Below are positions 43,860 to 52,377 of a stretch of DNA of 64,000 nt, in pieces. Where the stretch lies: positions 122,180 to 186,179 of the forward strand of contig CAZHDZ010000002.1 in the NCBI GenBank assembly GCA_964531275.1. The letters run 5' to 3'. The notes under the pieces were generated by a model. It was not told the origin of the DNA and did no database searches. It was given only the letters and a program-made list of their open reading frames with translations. The stretch's first letter is position 1. The number at the start of each line of letters is the position of its first letter. The stretch comes from an uncultured Gammaproteobacteria bacterium (GTDB lineage: Bacteria > Patescibacteriota > Microgenomatia > Levybacterales > GWA1-39-11). The position numbers were made by a program, and so were the translations under genes.

Positions 43860-45142
43860 TATATTGTTCTGCCAATGCCTTTGTAATAAATATCTTGATC
43901 CTTAAAAGCGTCTCTACTTAGGAAATTTCTTCCATCGACAAGAACCTTAATGCCATGCTTTTTTAGAAGCTCTGGAGTAAGCACTTTGAATTCCTTATGT
44001 GTTGTAGCAAGAAGGATTGCATCAGCTCCTTCCAGAGCCTCCTCGATAGAATTAACATTAGACTTGGCAGGAATATATGGGTCATAAATTCTTAAAATAG
44101 CTCCTTTATTCTTTAGATCCTCAAGCATTTCATAGGCAGGACTTTCACGATCATCATCAATATTGCCCTTGTATGAAAGCCCCAAGAAAGCAATTTTTGA
44201 TCCTTTTACAGATTTTTCAACTGAATTAAGTCCATTGAGCATTAACTCAACTGTTTTTTGAGGCATTTGATTATTTATTCTTCGGGCAAGAGAAAGGAAA
44301 TCGTGATGAAATCCATTCTTCTTTGCATATTCAATAAGATAATAAGGATCCACCGGAATGCAGTGCCCACCCACTCCACATCCTGGGTAATGTGCCATAA
44401 ACGCAAAAGGCTTCGTTGCAGCACCATCGATAACATTAACAACATCTATCCCTAGCTTTGAAAAGGATAATGCCAATTCATTTACAAAAGCAATATTAAT
44501 ATCACGAAAAGAATTCTCAACAACCTTACAGGCTTCTGCTTCTTTCAAAGAACCCATCTCTTTCACTGATGCTGTGAGAATTGTTCTATAAAAAGTTGCA
44601 GCACGTTCCAAGCTTTCATCATCAAAGCCACCAACAACTCTATTTATATTTTCTACATTCCATTTTGGATCTCCGGGATTAATTCTCTCTGGGCAGTGAC
44701 TTAAGAAGAAATCAATTCCACATTTTAAGCCTGAGCTTTCCTCAAGAATTGGCGCCATGACATCTTCACTTACTCCTGGGTTAACTGTCGACTCCAGAAT
44801 AATTAGTTGACCTTTCTCTAAGTGCTTACCGATTGATTCACATGCAGAAACCACTGGTCCGTAATCTGGCATATGATTGTCATCAATTGGTGTAGGCACA
44901 CAAACAATAACTATTTCTGCTCCTTTTATTTTTGAAAAATCATTTGTTACGGTTAGATTTGATGTAGGAAGATATTTTTCAACAGCTTCATCTTTGAAAG
45001 TAGGAATTTTATTATTGAGCTTTTCGACTGTATTAGGATTTCTGACAATGCCAGTGACACTATAACCTTTCCTATCTGCCAAAAGAGCCAGTGGCAAACC
45101 CACATAGCCTAATCCTATAATTGCTATTTTACTACCACTCAT
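43859..45142 (-). CDS. nucleotide-sugar 6-dehydrogenase (UDP-ManNAc/UDP-GlcNAc dehydrogenase WecC/TviB-like)
   Basis: N-terminal IAIIGLGYVGLPLA Rossmann, a catalytic GGHCIPVDPYYL block, and a C-terminal UDPG_MGDP_dh_C-like end. Confidence 0.8.
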   Translation of the reverse strand: MSGSKIAIIGLGYVGLPLALLADRKGYSVTGIVRNPNTVEKLNNKIPTFKDEAVEKYLPTSNLTVTNDFSKIKGAEIVIVCVPTPIDDNHMPDYGPVVSACESIGKHLEKGQLIILESTVNPGVSEDVMAPILEESSGLKCGIDFFLSHCPERINPGDPKWNVENINRVVGGFDDESLERAATFYRTILTASVKEMGSLKEAEACKVVENSFRDINIAFVNELALSFSKLGIDVVNVIDGAATKPFAFMAHYPGCGVGGHCIPVDPYYLIEYAKKNGFHHDFLSLARRINNQMPQKTVELMLNGLNSVEKSVKGSKIAFLGLSYKGNIDDDRESPAYEMLEDLKNKGAILRIYDPYIPAKSNVNSIEEALEGADAILLATTHKEFKVLTPELLKKHGIKVLVDGRNFLSRDAFKDQDIYYKGIGRTI

Positions 45143-45211
45143 AGGTACATATTATATCTTATAATGATTCCTTAGGCAACCGAGAGTATGTGGTTTTTAA
45201 AGAGACATCGC

Positions 45212-46747
45212 TTAACTTTTTCTTTTATATACGAAGATTTCACCATTTCTATATACAACATCAAAATACTTGTTGAGCTGAACATTTGAACTCAACTGTC
45301 TCCATATTGCATCGGTCTTATCATGTCTCACAATTAACCACCTAACATGATCCTGAGGTTTTTCCAATGCATTCTCCCAGTGGGGATGATTACCAACATA
45401 GATAATATTTTCAAAAGGTATATTAAGGTCAATTGGGTCTGCACTTCTCGCAAAATCGTCAAACATTACATAACCATAATCGTAATTATCCCTAACAAAG
45501 TTTGTTGCAGGAGAGGGTCTTCTAGAAGAAAGTCCTACAATTCCATCTTGAAGAGACACCGGTGTCCCACTGACCACAAATAGATATGCCTGAACAGCAA
45601 TTACGGCAATAATTACTGGTTTTAGGTACTTATGTAAGGAAGCTGTTAAAAGAGCTAAAAATACTGCTACGGCAGGGACCATAATAATTCCATACCGAAT
45701 GTTAAAAAGAGTCCACTGGTAGTCTTGTGGAACAAGCTCTGGCACTAGTAAAATTGAAATACCCAAGTAAAGTGTTATCACATAGAAAATATATGGAGTA
45801 AGTAAGGCTAAGCTGGCCGCAAAAGTTGCTCTGCTTTTAGAAAAAATTGTTTTCCCTATTCCTAAAAGTACTCCAAGCAATGCGACAATTGAAACTACAA
45901 CACCTGCATTTTGAGCTGATGCTAACGAATAATAGGTAAGAGAATTTGTAATATTTTTATATGATGGAAGTTCTCCGCGAGCCAACCAATCCATTTGTTG
46001 CGATTTTGCAGAATAAGGGCTATTTAAATAATAAGCAGGATCATTAAATATAAGATAACACCACAATGACCAGAGACCTATTCCAAAGAATGCAAGAACT
46101 GCATATATTACAATACTGCCTTCTATCTTCTTGTACTTATACCCTTTCAGTAAGCCAATGATAACTACTGCTATGACTTCAAAAATTACTAGAAACCACG
46201 CGTCATAGCGCATTAAGGTTCCTGCAAAAGCTGCAAATGAAGCAAGAATAAGTGGCCCAATCGTTCCTTTCTTCGCCCAAAGGACAAGATAGTACGAGGA
46301 TAAAATCAAAGAACAAATTAAGGGTAATTCTCCGAGGGGAGTTGTCTGCATATATAGTATGTTGGGATTTAATGCAAAAACTACAACTCCTACGATTTGT
46401 GCAAACCTTGAAGGGGTAAAAAGTCGAATTAGCTTGTATACATATAGTACTGAGACAACATAACTCAATGCTGCAACAATTGTTCCTGCAAGGCCACTTC
46501 TCCACAGAAAATCATTCCATACAAATGGGAGCATAAGCATATGAGGTAGTGGCAACCATGCTCCTCCTAATTGTCCAAAGCCAGGAGTAAGTCCGCTAAC
46601 AACTCTTTTTGCTATATTTATATGTGATTCAGCATCTCCATAAGCAAGTATTAAGTTGTTGGTGAATGCATAGAAAATACTACTCATGCTTGCTACACAT
46701 GCAAGTAAAATAATAGAAAGTAATATATTTTTGTCTACTCTTGTCAT
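45212..46747 (-). CDS. GT-C-like multi-TM membrane protein (paralog of the N-domain of 36919.. and of 52378..)
   Basis: AYGDAESHINIAKRVVSGLTPGFGQLGGAWLPLPHMLMLPFVWNDFLWRSGLAG aligns with the other two paralogs. About 12 TM helices. Confidence 0.5.
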   Translation of the reverse strand: MTRVDKNILLSIILLACVASMSSIFYAFTNNLILAYGDAESHINIAKRVVSGLTPGFGQLGGAWLPLPHMLMLPFVWNDFLWRSGLAGTIVAALSYVVSVLYVYKLIRLFTPSRFAQIVGVVVFALNPNILYMQTTPLGELPLICSLILSSYYLVLWAKKGTIGPLILASFAAFAGTLMRYDAWFLVIFEVIAVVIIGLLKGYKYKKIEGSIVIYAVLAFFGIGLWSLWCYLIFNDPAYYLNSPYSAKSQQMDWLARGELPSYKNITNSLTYYSLASAQNAGVVVSIVALLGVLLGIGKTIFSKSRATFAASLALLTPYIFYVITLYLGISILLVPELVPQDYQWTLFNIRYGIIMVPAVAVFLALLTASLHKYLKPVIIAVIAVQAYLFVVSGTPVSLQDGIVGLSSRRPSPATNFVRDNYDYGYVMFDDFARSADPIDLNIPFENIIYVGNHPHWENALEKPQDHVRWLIVRHDKTDAIWRQLSSNVQLNKYFDVVYRNGEIFVYKRKS

Positions 46748-48864
46748 ATGGCACCTTTAAAAATATTGTTCTTCAAATGTAAACCGTGCTTTGTCTTTGA
46801 CCAATGGTGTGGTGCAGTAATTAGCTTATATACAGCCATCCATGCAGCGGCACTCATGAGTAACCAATATATGGGCACAAAAAGAGCGTATTTAATAAGC
46901 GCATAGTGCCCATGCTTTGCGCATCCGATCATGTAGTAATACATGTAAAGGAAATTCCCACAGATGAGAGAAGCAATGCCAAGATAAAGAACAGGTACTG
47001 GGAATAATGATTCAATTATTGGACCAAATTGAGACCTAAATAAGAAATAGAGAATTGTTAGCATCCACATTGCGGGGTTAACAAACATTGAAAATATTTT
47101 GCCCCCAATAACCATTTGAAAAAACAAAAGATCAGGTTTTCTAAATGTACTTGAGAAATCTCCTGGTTTTCTCATGTGCAAGAAATACGTTTGAATGTAC
47201 CCTTTTATCCATCTCGTTCTTTGCCAAAACCAGTTATTTAAATCACTATTTGCTTCCTCTAGAGTTACTGAAGAAACTATGGCTGTTTTGAATCCTAATT
47301 TTGCGATTCTCATCCCTAGATCTGCGTCTTCTGTTACATTAAATGCATCCCAACCCTTCAACATCTTAAGATCTGAAGTTCTAAAGTGGTTTGAGGTTCC
47401 ACCTAATGGGATTGGAGCTTTTATAGATTGTAGGCCCGTAAGAACCAAATCAAACCATAGTGAATACTCGGCTGTAAACGCTTTTGTCAGAATATTTTGA
47501 TGGGGATTGTAAAAATTTAACTTAGCCTGTATGCACGCTGTTTTACGCCCTGCCCTCTCAAATGCAAGAACTGCTTTTTTAAGTTGCATAGGTTCTGGTG
47601 CATCTTCGGCATCAAAAATAACAACAAACTCTCCAGTCGCCCGAAGCAATCCATAATTACAAGCCTTTGGTTTTGTCTTTGGGAATGAATGAGGAACAAT
47701 AATTGCTTCAAAATATGAAGGTAGGTGAAGTTTTTCTATGTAAGAAAGGCTTTCAGTATCATCTTCCTCCAAGAGCAGCTGAACCTGCAACTTATTTTTT
47801 GGATAGTCTAACTTTGATATCGCTTGGGTAAATTGAGGGATTACCTGCCATTCTTTATAAAGCGGGCAAAGAATTGTGTACCTTGGGAGGCGTTCATCAT
47901 TGATTTCTGAAAGCGCTACATCTTCTATAACTATCTCTGCTGGATTTGCAAAGCTTCTTATGATTAAGAATAGGTTAAAAAGTAAATCCAGAAAATATAA
48001 TGTCGTTATAATCCCAACAAAGGAGATAAGAGCTAACTTCCAGTCTGAAGCAAAGGAATACACGCCAGCAGTTAGCATTAAGAGCATTAGTGTAATTTGT
48101 CTTTGATTGAATCTATAGAATGCACTTTCATCCTGAGGAAGCTCTGAGTAATGAACAAATTCTTTCCCGTCGTAATGAAATCCATTGCCTTTTTCTTTTG
48201 CAATTCGTGGGTGAAAAGGAATTACTACGTGTCCAAGAACTTTAAGACGCAACTTTTCCTTAACTAATGTCATTATCCCATGAAGGGTTCTATTGGCAGG
48301 TTTTTTGAAGAATCTTCTTGAAGTGTTGGCTTTGAAAGCAGTAACGATATAGCCGGCGTCTTTTGAACTTTGTATAAATTCAAAGTCAAAAATAGATGAA
48401 TTTAAATTTAAACGCTCATAAATTTCTCTCTTAAAAACAACTAAATCCAGCTGAAGATCTACACCTACTAATTTTCTCAAAAACCCCTTAGCTACTCTTT
48501 TATTGCTTGCGTAGACAATGTCGTTTGATTCCAACTCTTGTATCATTTGACTAACGATATCAATCGGGTATTTGCTTCCAAATTCCATTACGCAAATATT
48601 CTTATACGATGAATTTTTCAAACCTCTTTGAATGTTGTAACCACGACCCGGCTTTCCGTCTCTTTTTATTAACTTAATGGGATAATGGCTTAAGAAAACC
48701 CTCGTGTCCCACTCAGAACTTTCTGAAAATGTGTCGGCAACAAAAATTATTTCGTACGAGTCACGCTGACCATCAAACAAAGCGTCAATTTTAGTTACTA
48801 TTGACTCAAAACTTTTTCTGACGCCGGATACATGAACAATAAAGGAGGTTTTTGGAAGATTCAT
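46744..48864 (-). CDS. bifunctional glycosyltransferase: N-terminal DPM1/ArnC-like GT2 domain, TM region, C-terminal processive BcsA/NodC-like GT2 domain (paralog 2)
   Basis: The N-terminus has IIFVADTF...RDGKPGRG. The C-terminal half has the YTILCPLYKEWQVIPQF block shared with 34017.., plus FDAEDAP, TEDADLGMR and QRTRWIKGY. Confidence 0.75.
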   Translation of the reverse strand: MNLPKTSFIVHVSGVRKSFESIVTKIDALFDGQRDSYEIIFVADTFSESSEWDTRVFLSHYPIKLIKRDGKPGRGYNIQRGLKNSSYKNICVMEFGSKYPIDIVSQMIQELESNDIVYASNKRVAKGFLRKLVGVDLQLDLVVFKREIYERLNLNSSIFDFEFIQSSKDAGYIVTAFKANTSRRFFKKPANRTLHGIMTLVKEKLRLKVLGHVVIPFHPRIAKEKGNGFHYDGKEFVHYSELPQDESAFYRFNQRQITLMLLMLTAGVYSFASDWKLALISFVGIITTLYFLDLLFNLFLIIRSFANPAEIVIEDVALSEINDERLPRYTILCPLYKEWQVIPQFTQAISKLDYPKNKLQVQLLLEEDDTESLSYIEKLHLPSYFEAIIVPHSFPKTKPKACNYGLLRATGEFVVIFDAEDAPEPMQLKKAVLAFERAGRKTACIQAKLNFYNPHQNILTKAFTAEYSLWFDLVLTGLQSIKAPIPLGGTSNHFRTSDLKMLKGWDAFNVTEDADLGMRIAKLGFKTAIVSSVTLEEANSDLNNWFWQRTRWIKGYIQTYFLHMRKPGDFSSTFRKPDLLFFQMVIGGKIFSMFVNPAMWMLTILYFLFRSQFGPIIESLFPVPVLYLGIASLICGNFLYMYYYMIGCAKHGHYALIKYALFVPIYWLLMSAAAWMAVYKLITAPHHWSKTKHGLHLKNNIFKGAI

Positions 48865-49043
48865 TTGATACCTCCTGTTCGTGATTTTATATATCGATTA
48901 AATTCAGCCCAGTCTATTCTGTAGGATTTACCGATTTTAACAGCGGGTATTTCTCCCGAATGAATGTACGAATAGATAGTAATAGGATTGAGTCGTAATA
49001 CTTGCGCTATTTCTTTAACTGTTTTGAAATTCTTATTAACCAT
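48861..49043 (-). CDS. excisionase/MerR-like helix-turn-helix DNA-binding protein, translationally coupled to the downstream bifunctional GT2
   Basis: FKTVKEIAQVLRLNPITIYSYIHSGEIPAVKIGKSYRI matches the excisionase-family HTH (LTVKEAAELLGVS..TIYRLI..GELPAVKIGR.WRI). Its stop overlaps the GT2 start by 4 nt. Confidence 0.65.
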   Translation of the reverse strand: MVNKNFKTVKEIAQVLRLNPITIYSYIHSGEIPAVKIGKSYRIDWAEFNRYIKSRTGGIK

Positions 49044-49218
49044 TATAATTTAATATAGTATGATATATTTATATATAGTTACTATAACACTTAGCTTCAA
49101 AAAAGCAAGCTTTTTTATAGAGATATTGAGGTATTCATACAATTCTCTTACTTAATCCATGAACAATGAAAGCTATTCTAAATAGTCCAAATTCTGCTTG
49201 AAAATATCGAATTCCAGA

Positions 49219-49752
49219 CTAAGCCTGAGGTTTTGCCACAACAACAAATCTTTTAGAATCTAAAAAGCCTGTACACGTATAAATTGTTATCCTACTGTCG
49301 TTAGTGTTGTCGATTATGTACGTCTGAGATGGATTAACAGTTGCTGTATACTCAATAACGAATTTTTTCTTATAGCCGTTTTCCATAATTATGTAGACTG
49401 TTTGACCAGGTTTTACTTTTGGAAGATCTGCCAAAAGATAATTCCAGTTGTGACCATACATCACACTGTTCCCTTTTTGTCCTGGTAGAGGTGATGAAGA
49501 CAAGTATGAGACCCCTTGGTTGCTTGTTTCCCACATATTCCCTTTTGTAATAGCAGGAATAATAGGCAAATTAACTTTTATAGACGGAATCTCTATTCTT
49601 TGAGGAGCTTCAAAACTAAGAACATTGACGGAAGTAGGAGCTTTTTCAAAGGACAATAAGTATGGAGAATGACGAAGAAAGAAAAGATAACAACTAAAGA
49701 TAAGAAAACCTAAGCCTAATAATAGTATGAGATTGGGAATTAAGTTTCTCAT
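49219..49752 (-). CDS. sortase (class E-like transpeptidase)
   Basis: N-terminal TM anchor, His box VMYGHNW, catalytic ITIYTCTG (TLxTC) and a downstream Arg (KRFVVV). Confidence 0.7.
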   Translation of the reverse strand: MRNLIPNLILLLGLGFLIFSCYLFFLRHSPYLLSFEKAPTSVNVLSFEAPQRIEIPSIKVNLPIIPAITKGNMWETSNQGVSYLSSSPLPGQKGNSVMYGHNWNYLLADLPKVKPGQTVYIIMENGYKKKFVIEYTATVNPSQTYIIDNTNDSRITIYTCTGFLDSKRFVVVAKPQA

Positions 49753-49763
49753 AAAAAGAAATC

Positions 49764-50363
49764 TTAATTTGAACGAGTTTTTAATCGAAGAATGAGTCCT
49801 GTTATCGTAAGCAATACACCAACTGTGAAGATTTCAGCTATGAAAAGCATGTTTCCTGTTGAAGCCAAATTGGTTCCTTGAGCAGACTGAACAATAGAGC
49901 CTTTGCCGTCACTTCTTCCATCAGTTCTACCATCGGTTCTACCATCAGTTCTTCCATCTCCTCCGCTCGTACTAGATGCAGAGCATGTATAATTCTTATT
50001 TTGAGCTAGATACGGGACATCCGAAAGTCCCCATGCCTCTCCGCTAGGAACAAATATCCACCCCTGACTTTGATATACCTTAATTTCATCTTCAGTTAGA
50101 TTTCCGATTTTCATCCAGTTTGTTTGGATACCAGCACCATCACTTCCACAAAAACATTGCATTGCATTTTCGCCTTCAGCATATACAACATCTTTTCCTA
50201 TTTTTGATCCAATACCAACTATGCCATGGGTGCCATCCTGATAATTTGCAATAACTGTTCCAGTTGGAACAAGACAAGAAGTGAAAGAATCTTGTGCAAA
50301 AGCAGGTTTTGTCAACGCAAGAACACAGGCTGCTAAAAATGATAAGAGAAGCAATTTATTCAT
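49764..50363 (-). CDS. sortase substrate: secreted protein with DGRT repeats and a C-terminal LASTG sorting signal
   Basis: Signal peptide MNKLLLLSFLAACVLALTKPAFA, then GDGRTDGRTDGRTDGRSDG repeats, then LASTGN plus the hydrophobic MLFIAEIFTVGVLLTITGLIL and a basic RLKTRSN tail (cell-wall sorting signal). Confidence 0.7.
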   Translation of the reverse strand: MNKLLLLSFLAACVLALTKPAFAQDSFTSCLVPTGTVIANYQDGTHGIVGIGSKIGKDVVYAEGENAMQCFCGSDGAGIQTNWMKIGNLTEDEIKVYQSQGWIFVPSGEAWGLSDVPYLAQNKNYTCSASSTSGGDGRTDGRTDGRTDGRSDGKGSIVQSAQGTNLASTGNMLFIAEIFTVGVLLTITGLILRLKTRSN

Positions 50364-50431
50364 ATCGAAGCAGTAGTATAGTATATTACTCTGGGCTTGT
50401 CAACAAGTATATTGCTAGCCTAATTTCTCAA

Positions 50432-51385
50432 TTATAGAGACGTCTCAAGAGGCACAAGAGGCATTGTAATCGCTTGTAAATATGTTAGTGCTGAATGTAA
50501 TTGTCCCAACAACATATAAGCAAGAATTCTCATTGAAAATCCCAAATAAAGAAAAGCTACAACCAACCCCAAAGTGCTTGGATGATGCTTCTTCTGATAA
50601 TATTTAATGCCCTGAATTTGACGTTGCAATATATACAATTTGTGGAATTTCTTGTCTGTAGAAGCACCACAAAGGTGCGTTGAGGTAAATTTAGGCGTAA
50701 ACATAAACTTAAATCCTGCATCATGAATTCTTTTACACCATTCTAGATCGTCCATATAAAGAAATATTCTTTCGTCATTCCCTCCAGTTTTTTCAAACAC
50801 TTTATACTTTAAAAAGTAGAAGCATGTTGGTGCCCACTCTACCTGCAAATCCTTTTTGTATAGTTCTTCTTTGTAACCATAAATTTTACTTATTCTGTCC
50901 TTAATAAAAGGAATACTTTCAAAACCTAATAGCCAAAAAATGGTTCTTCTAGGTGTAGGTAGATACCCGCCATAAGTTTCAAATTTGTGCTCGGCATTGA
51001 ATAATTTACAAATCATCAAATCAGTATCTGGGTTCTTTTCCATGTAATTAAAAGAGTTGGCAATCGCATCTTCTTCAAGATACAAATCAGAATTTAATAA
51101 GAGTATAAAATCCGCATTTTTAGATGCTCTCATGCCAACGTTATATCCGATCGAAACCCCAGCATTTGTAGGATTAATTATTAAAGTTACTTGAGGGTAT
51201 TTTGACTTGATCATTTCAACACTTCCATCCGAGGAAGCATTATCAACAACTATAATTTCTGCCTTGTGCTTACTTGTCTTCTGACAATACGCAACGGCAC
51301 TTAACGCTTTTTGTATGCAAACGTCAGTAATGTCTCTTGTGTTGTAGTTAAGAATTACGAGTGATACTTTCATATTATTTTTCAT
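50432..51385 (-). CDS. family 2 glycosyltransferase (WbbL/rhamnosyl- or hexosyltransferase-like, soluble GT-A)
   Basis: MKVSLVILNYNTRD...IIVVDNASSDGS and DDLEWCKR (DxD region). The ORF track starts at 51439; the ATG at 51385 or 51373 is more likely. Confidence 0.7.
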   Translation of the reverse strand: MKNNMKVSLVILNYNTRDITDVCIQKALSAVAYCQKTSKHKAEIIVVDNASSDGSVEMIKSKYPQVTLIINPTNAGVSIGYNVGMRASKNADFILLLNSDLYLEEDAIANSFNYMEKNPDTDLMICKLFNAEHKFETYGGYLPTPRRTIFWLLGFESIPFIKDRISKIYGYKEELYKKDLQVEWAPTCFYFLKYKVFEKTGGNDERIFLYMDDLEWCKRIHDAGFKFMFTPKFTSTHLCGASTDKKFHKLYILQRQIQGIKYYQKKHHPSTLGLVVAFLYLGFSMRILAYMLLGQLHSALTYLQAITMPLVPLETSL

Positions 51386-52376
51386 TGACCTCCTGATAGA
51401 ATGTCTTAAGCTCCAATGCAGCTGCCTTAGGCATCCCATCTTTTGTCCAGATTTCAGTTGATCCGCCAGTATTTATCCAGTAATTAAGTCCAATAACATT
51501 TGGGTTTTCGGACAATAAATCCAAGACTTCTTTTACCCATTCTGCCTGCTCCACTTCGCTCATATTTCCATTAATATCAGGTATGGGCGCGCCAAACTCT
51601 CCTAGAATAACTTTCCCTCCGCTCATTTTTGCAATTTTTGTTATATCAGAATTTAATTGTGTAGGGCTTTTGACATAGTGGTCTATCGTTACAATTCCCC
51701 CCATTTTTTCTGTGGTATTTCGATCCATAACAAGCTTTGCAATGTCAAAATTCATAGAACTGTAATTTGATGCCACTTTCTTTCCTATTTTTTCAAACTC
51801 TTGTGTTGTTGCGTTGTATTCATCGATAAGAAATTTTCTGTGTCCATTGACATCTCCGTTCTGTCTAGGGTCACCAGGCCCTCCATTTTCACATTCAGGG
51901 CACGGAGAAAATACGTCGCCATCTTCAAAGAGTTCAGAATTAGTTCTGATGAACTCTCTTGTCAACTTAAGATGTTGTGCCCTATCAATCTTCGAATACC
52001 CAAACCAACCTTCCCATCCAGAAAAATTTCCACGAAACCACACTTTTAATTTATTCTCGCGAGCAATTTTAACCCAACGTCGCAAGATAGGAAGAAATTC
52101 TGAGTCATATGGAGTGGCAATCCCCACGTGAGTTGCTCCAATTTCTGCTATTTCCTTTACCTGAAGCTCTATAGTCTTATTAAATGATTCATCATTCAAC
52201 TTTTCTCGAGATAGATCTCTTGAGTACTTCATTGTATCAACGGATTCAAACTTCCATCGGTTCTCCGCAGGCTTAAGATAGTTATAGGCAAAATATAGAG
52301 ATATAGCTATTAGAATTACCCCTACTGTAATAAGACCTGAAGCAAAATGTTTTTTATGTTGTGGCTGTATATCCAT
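51375..52376 (-). CDS. membrane-anchored glycoside-hydrolase-like (GH5/cellulase-like TIM-barrel) protein
   Basis: N-terminal TM helix, then IGATHVGIATPY...KLKVWFRGNFSGWEGWFGY, similar in pattern to the GH5 domain of 36919..39525. Confidence 0.4.
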   Translation of the reverse strand: MDIQPQHKKHFASGLITVGVILIAISLYFAYNYLKPAENRWKFESVDTMKYSRDLSREKLNDESFNKTIELQVKEIAEIGATHVGIATPYDSEFLPILRRWVKIARENKLKVWFRGNFSGWEGWFGYSKIDRAQHLKLTREFIRTNSELFEDGDVFSPCPECENGGPGDPRQNGDVNGHRKFLIDEYNATTQEFEKIGKKVASNYSSMNFDIAKLVMDRNTTEKMGGIVTIDHYVKSPTQLNSDITKIAKMSGGKVILGEFGAPIPDINGNMSEVEQAEWVKEVLDLLSENPNVIGLNYWINTGGSTEIWTKDGMPKAAALELKTFYQEVNEK

Positions 52377-52377
52377 A

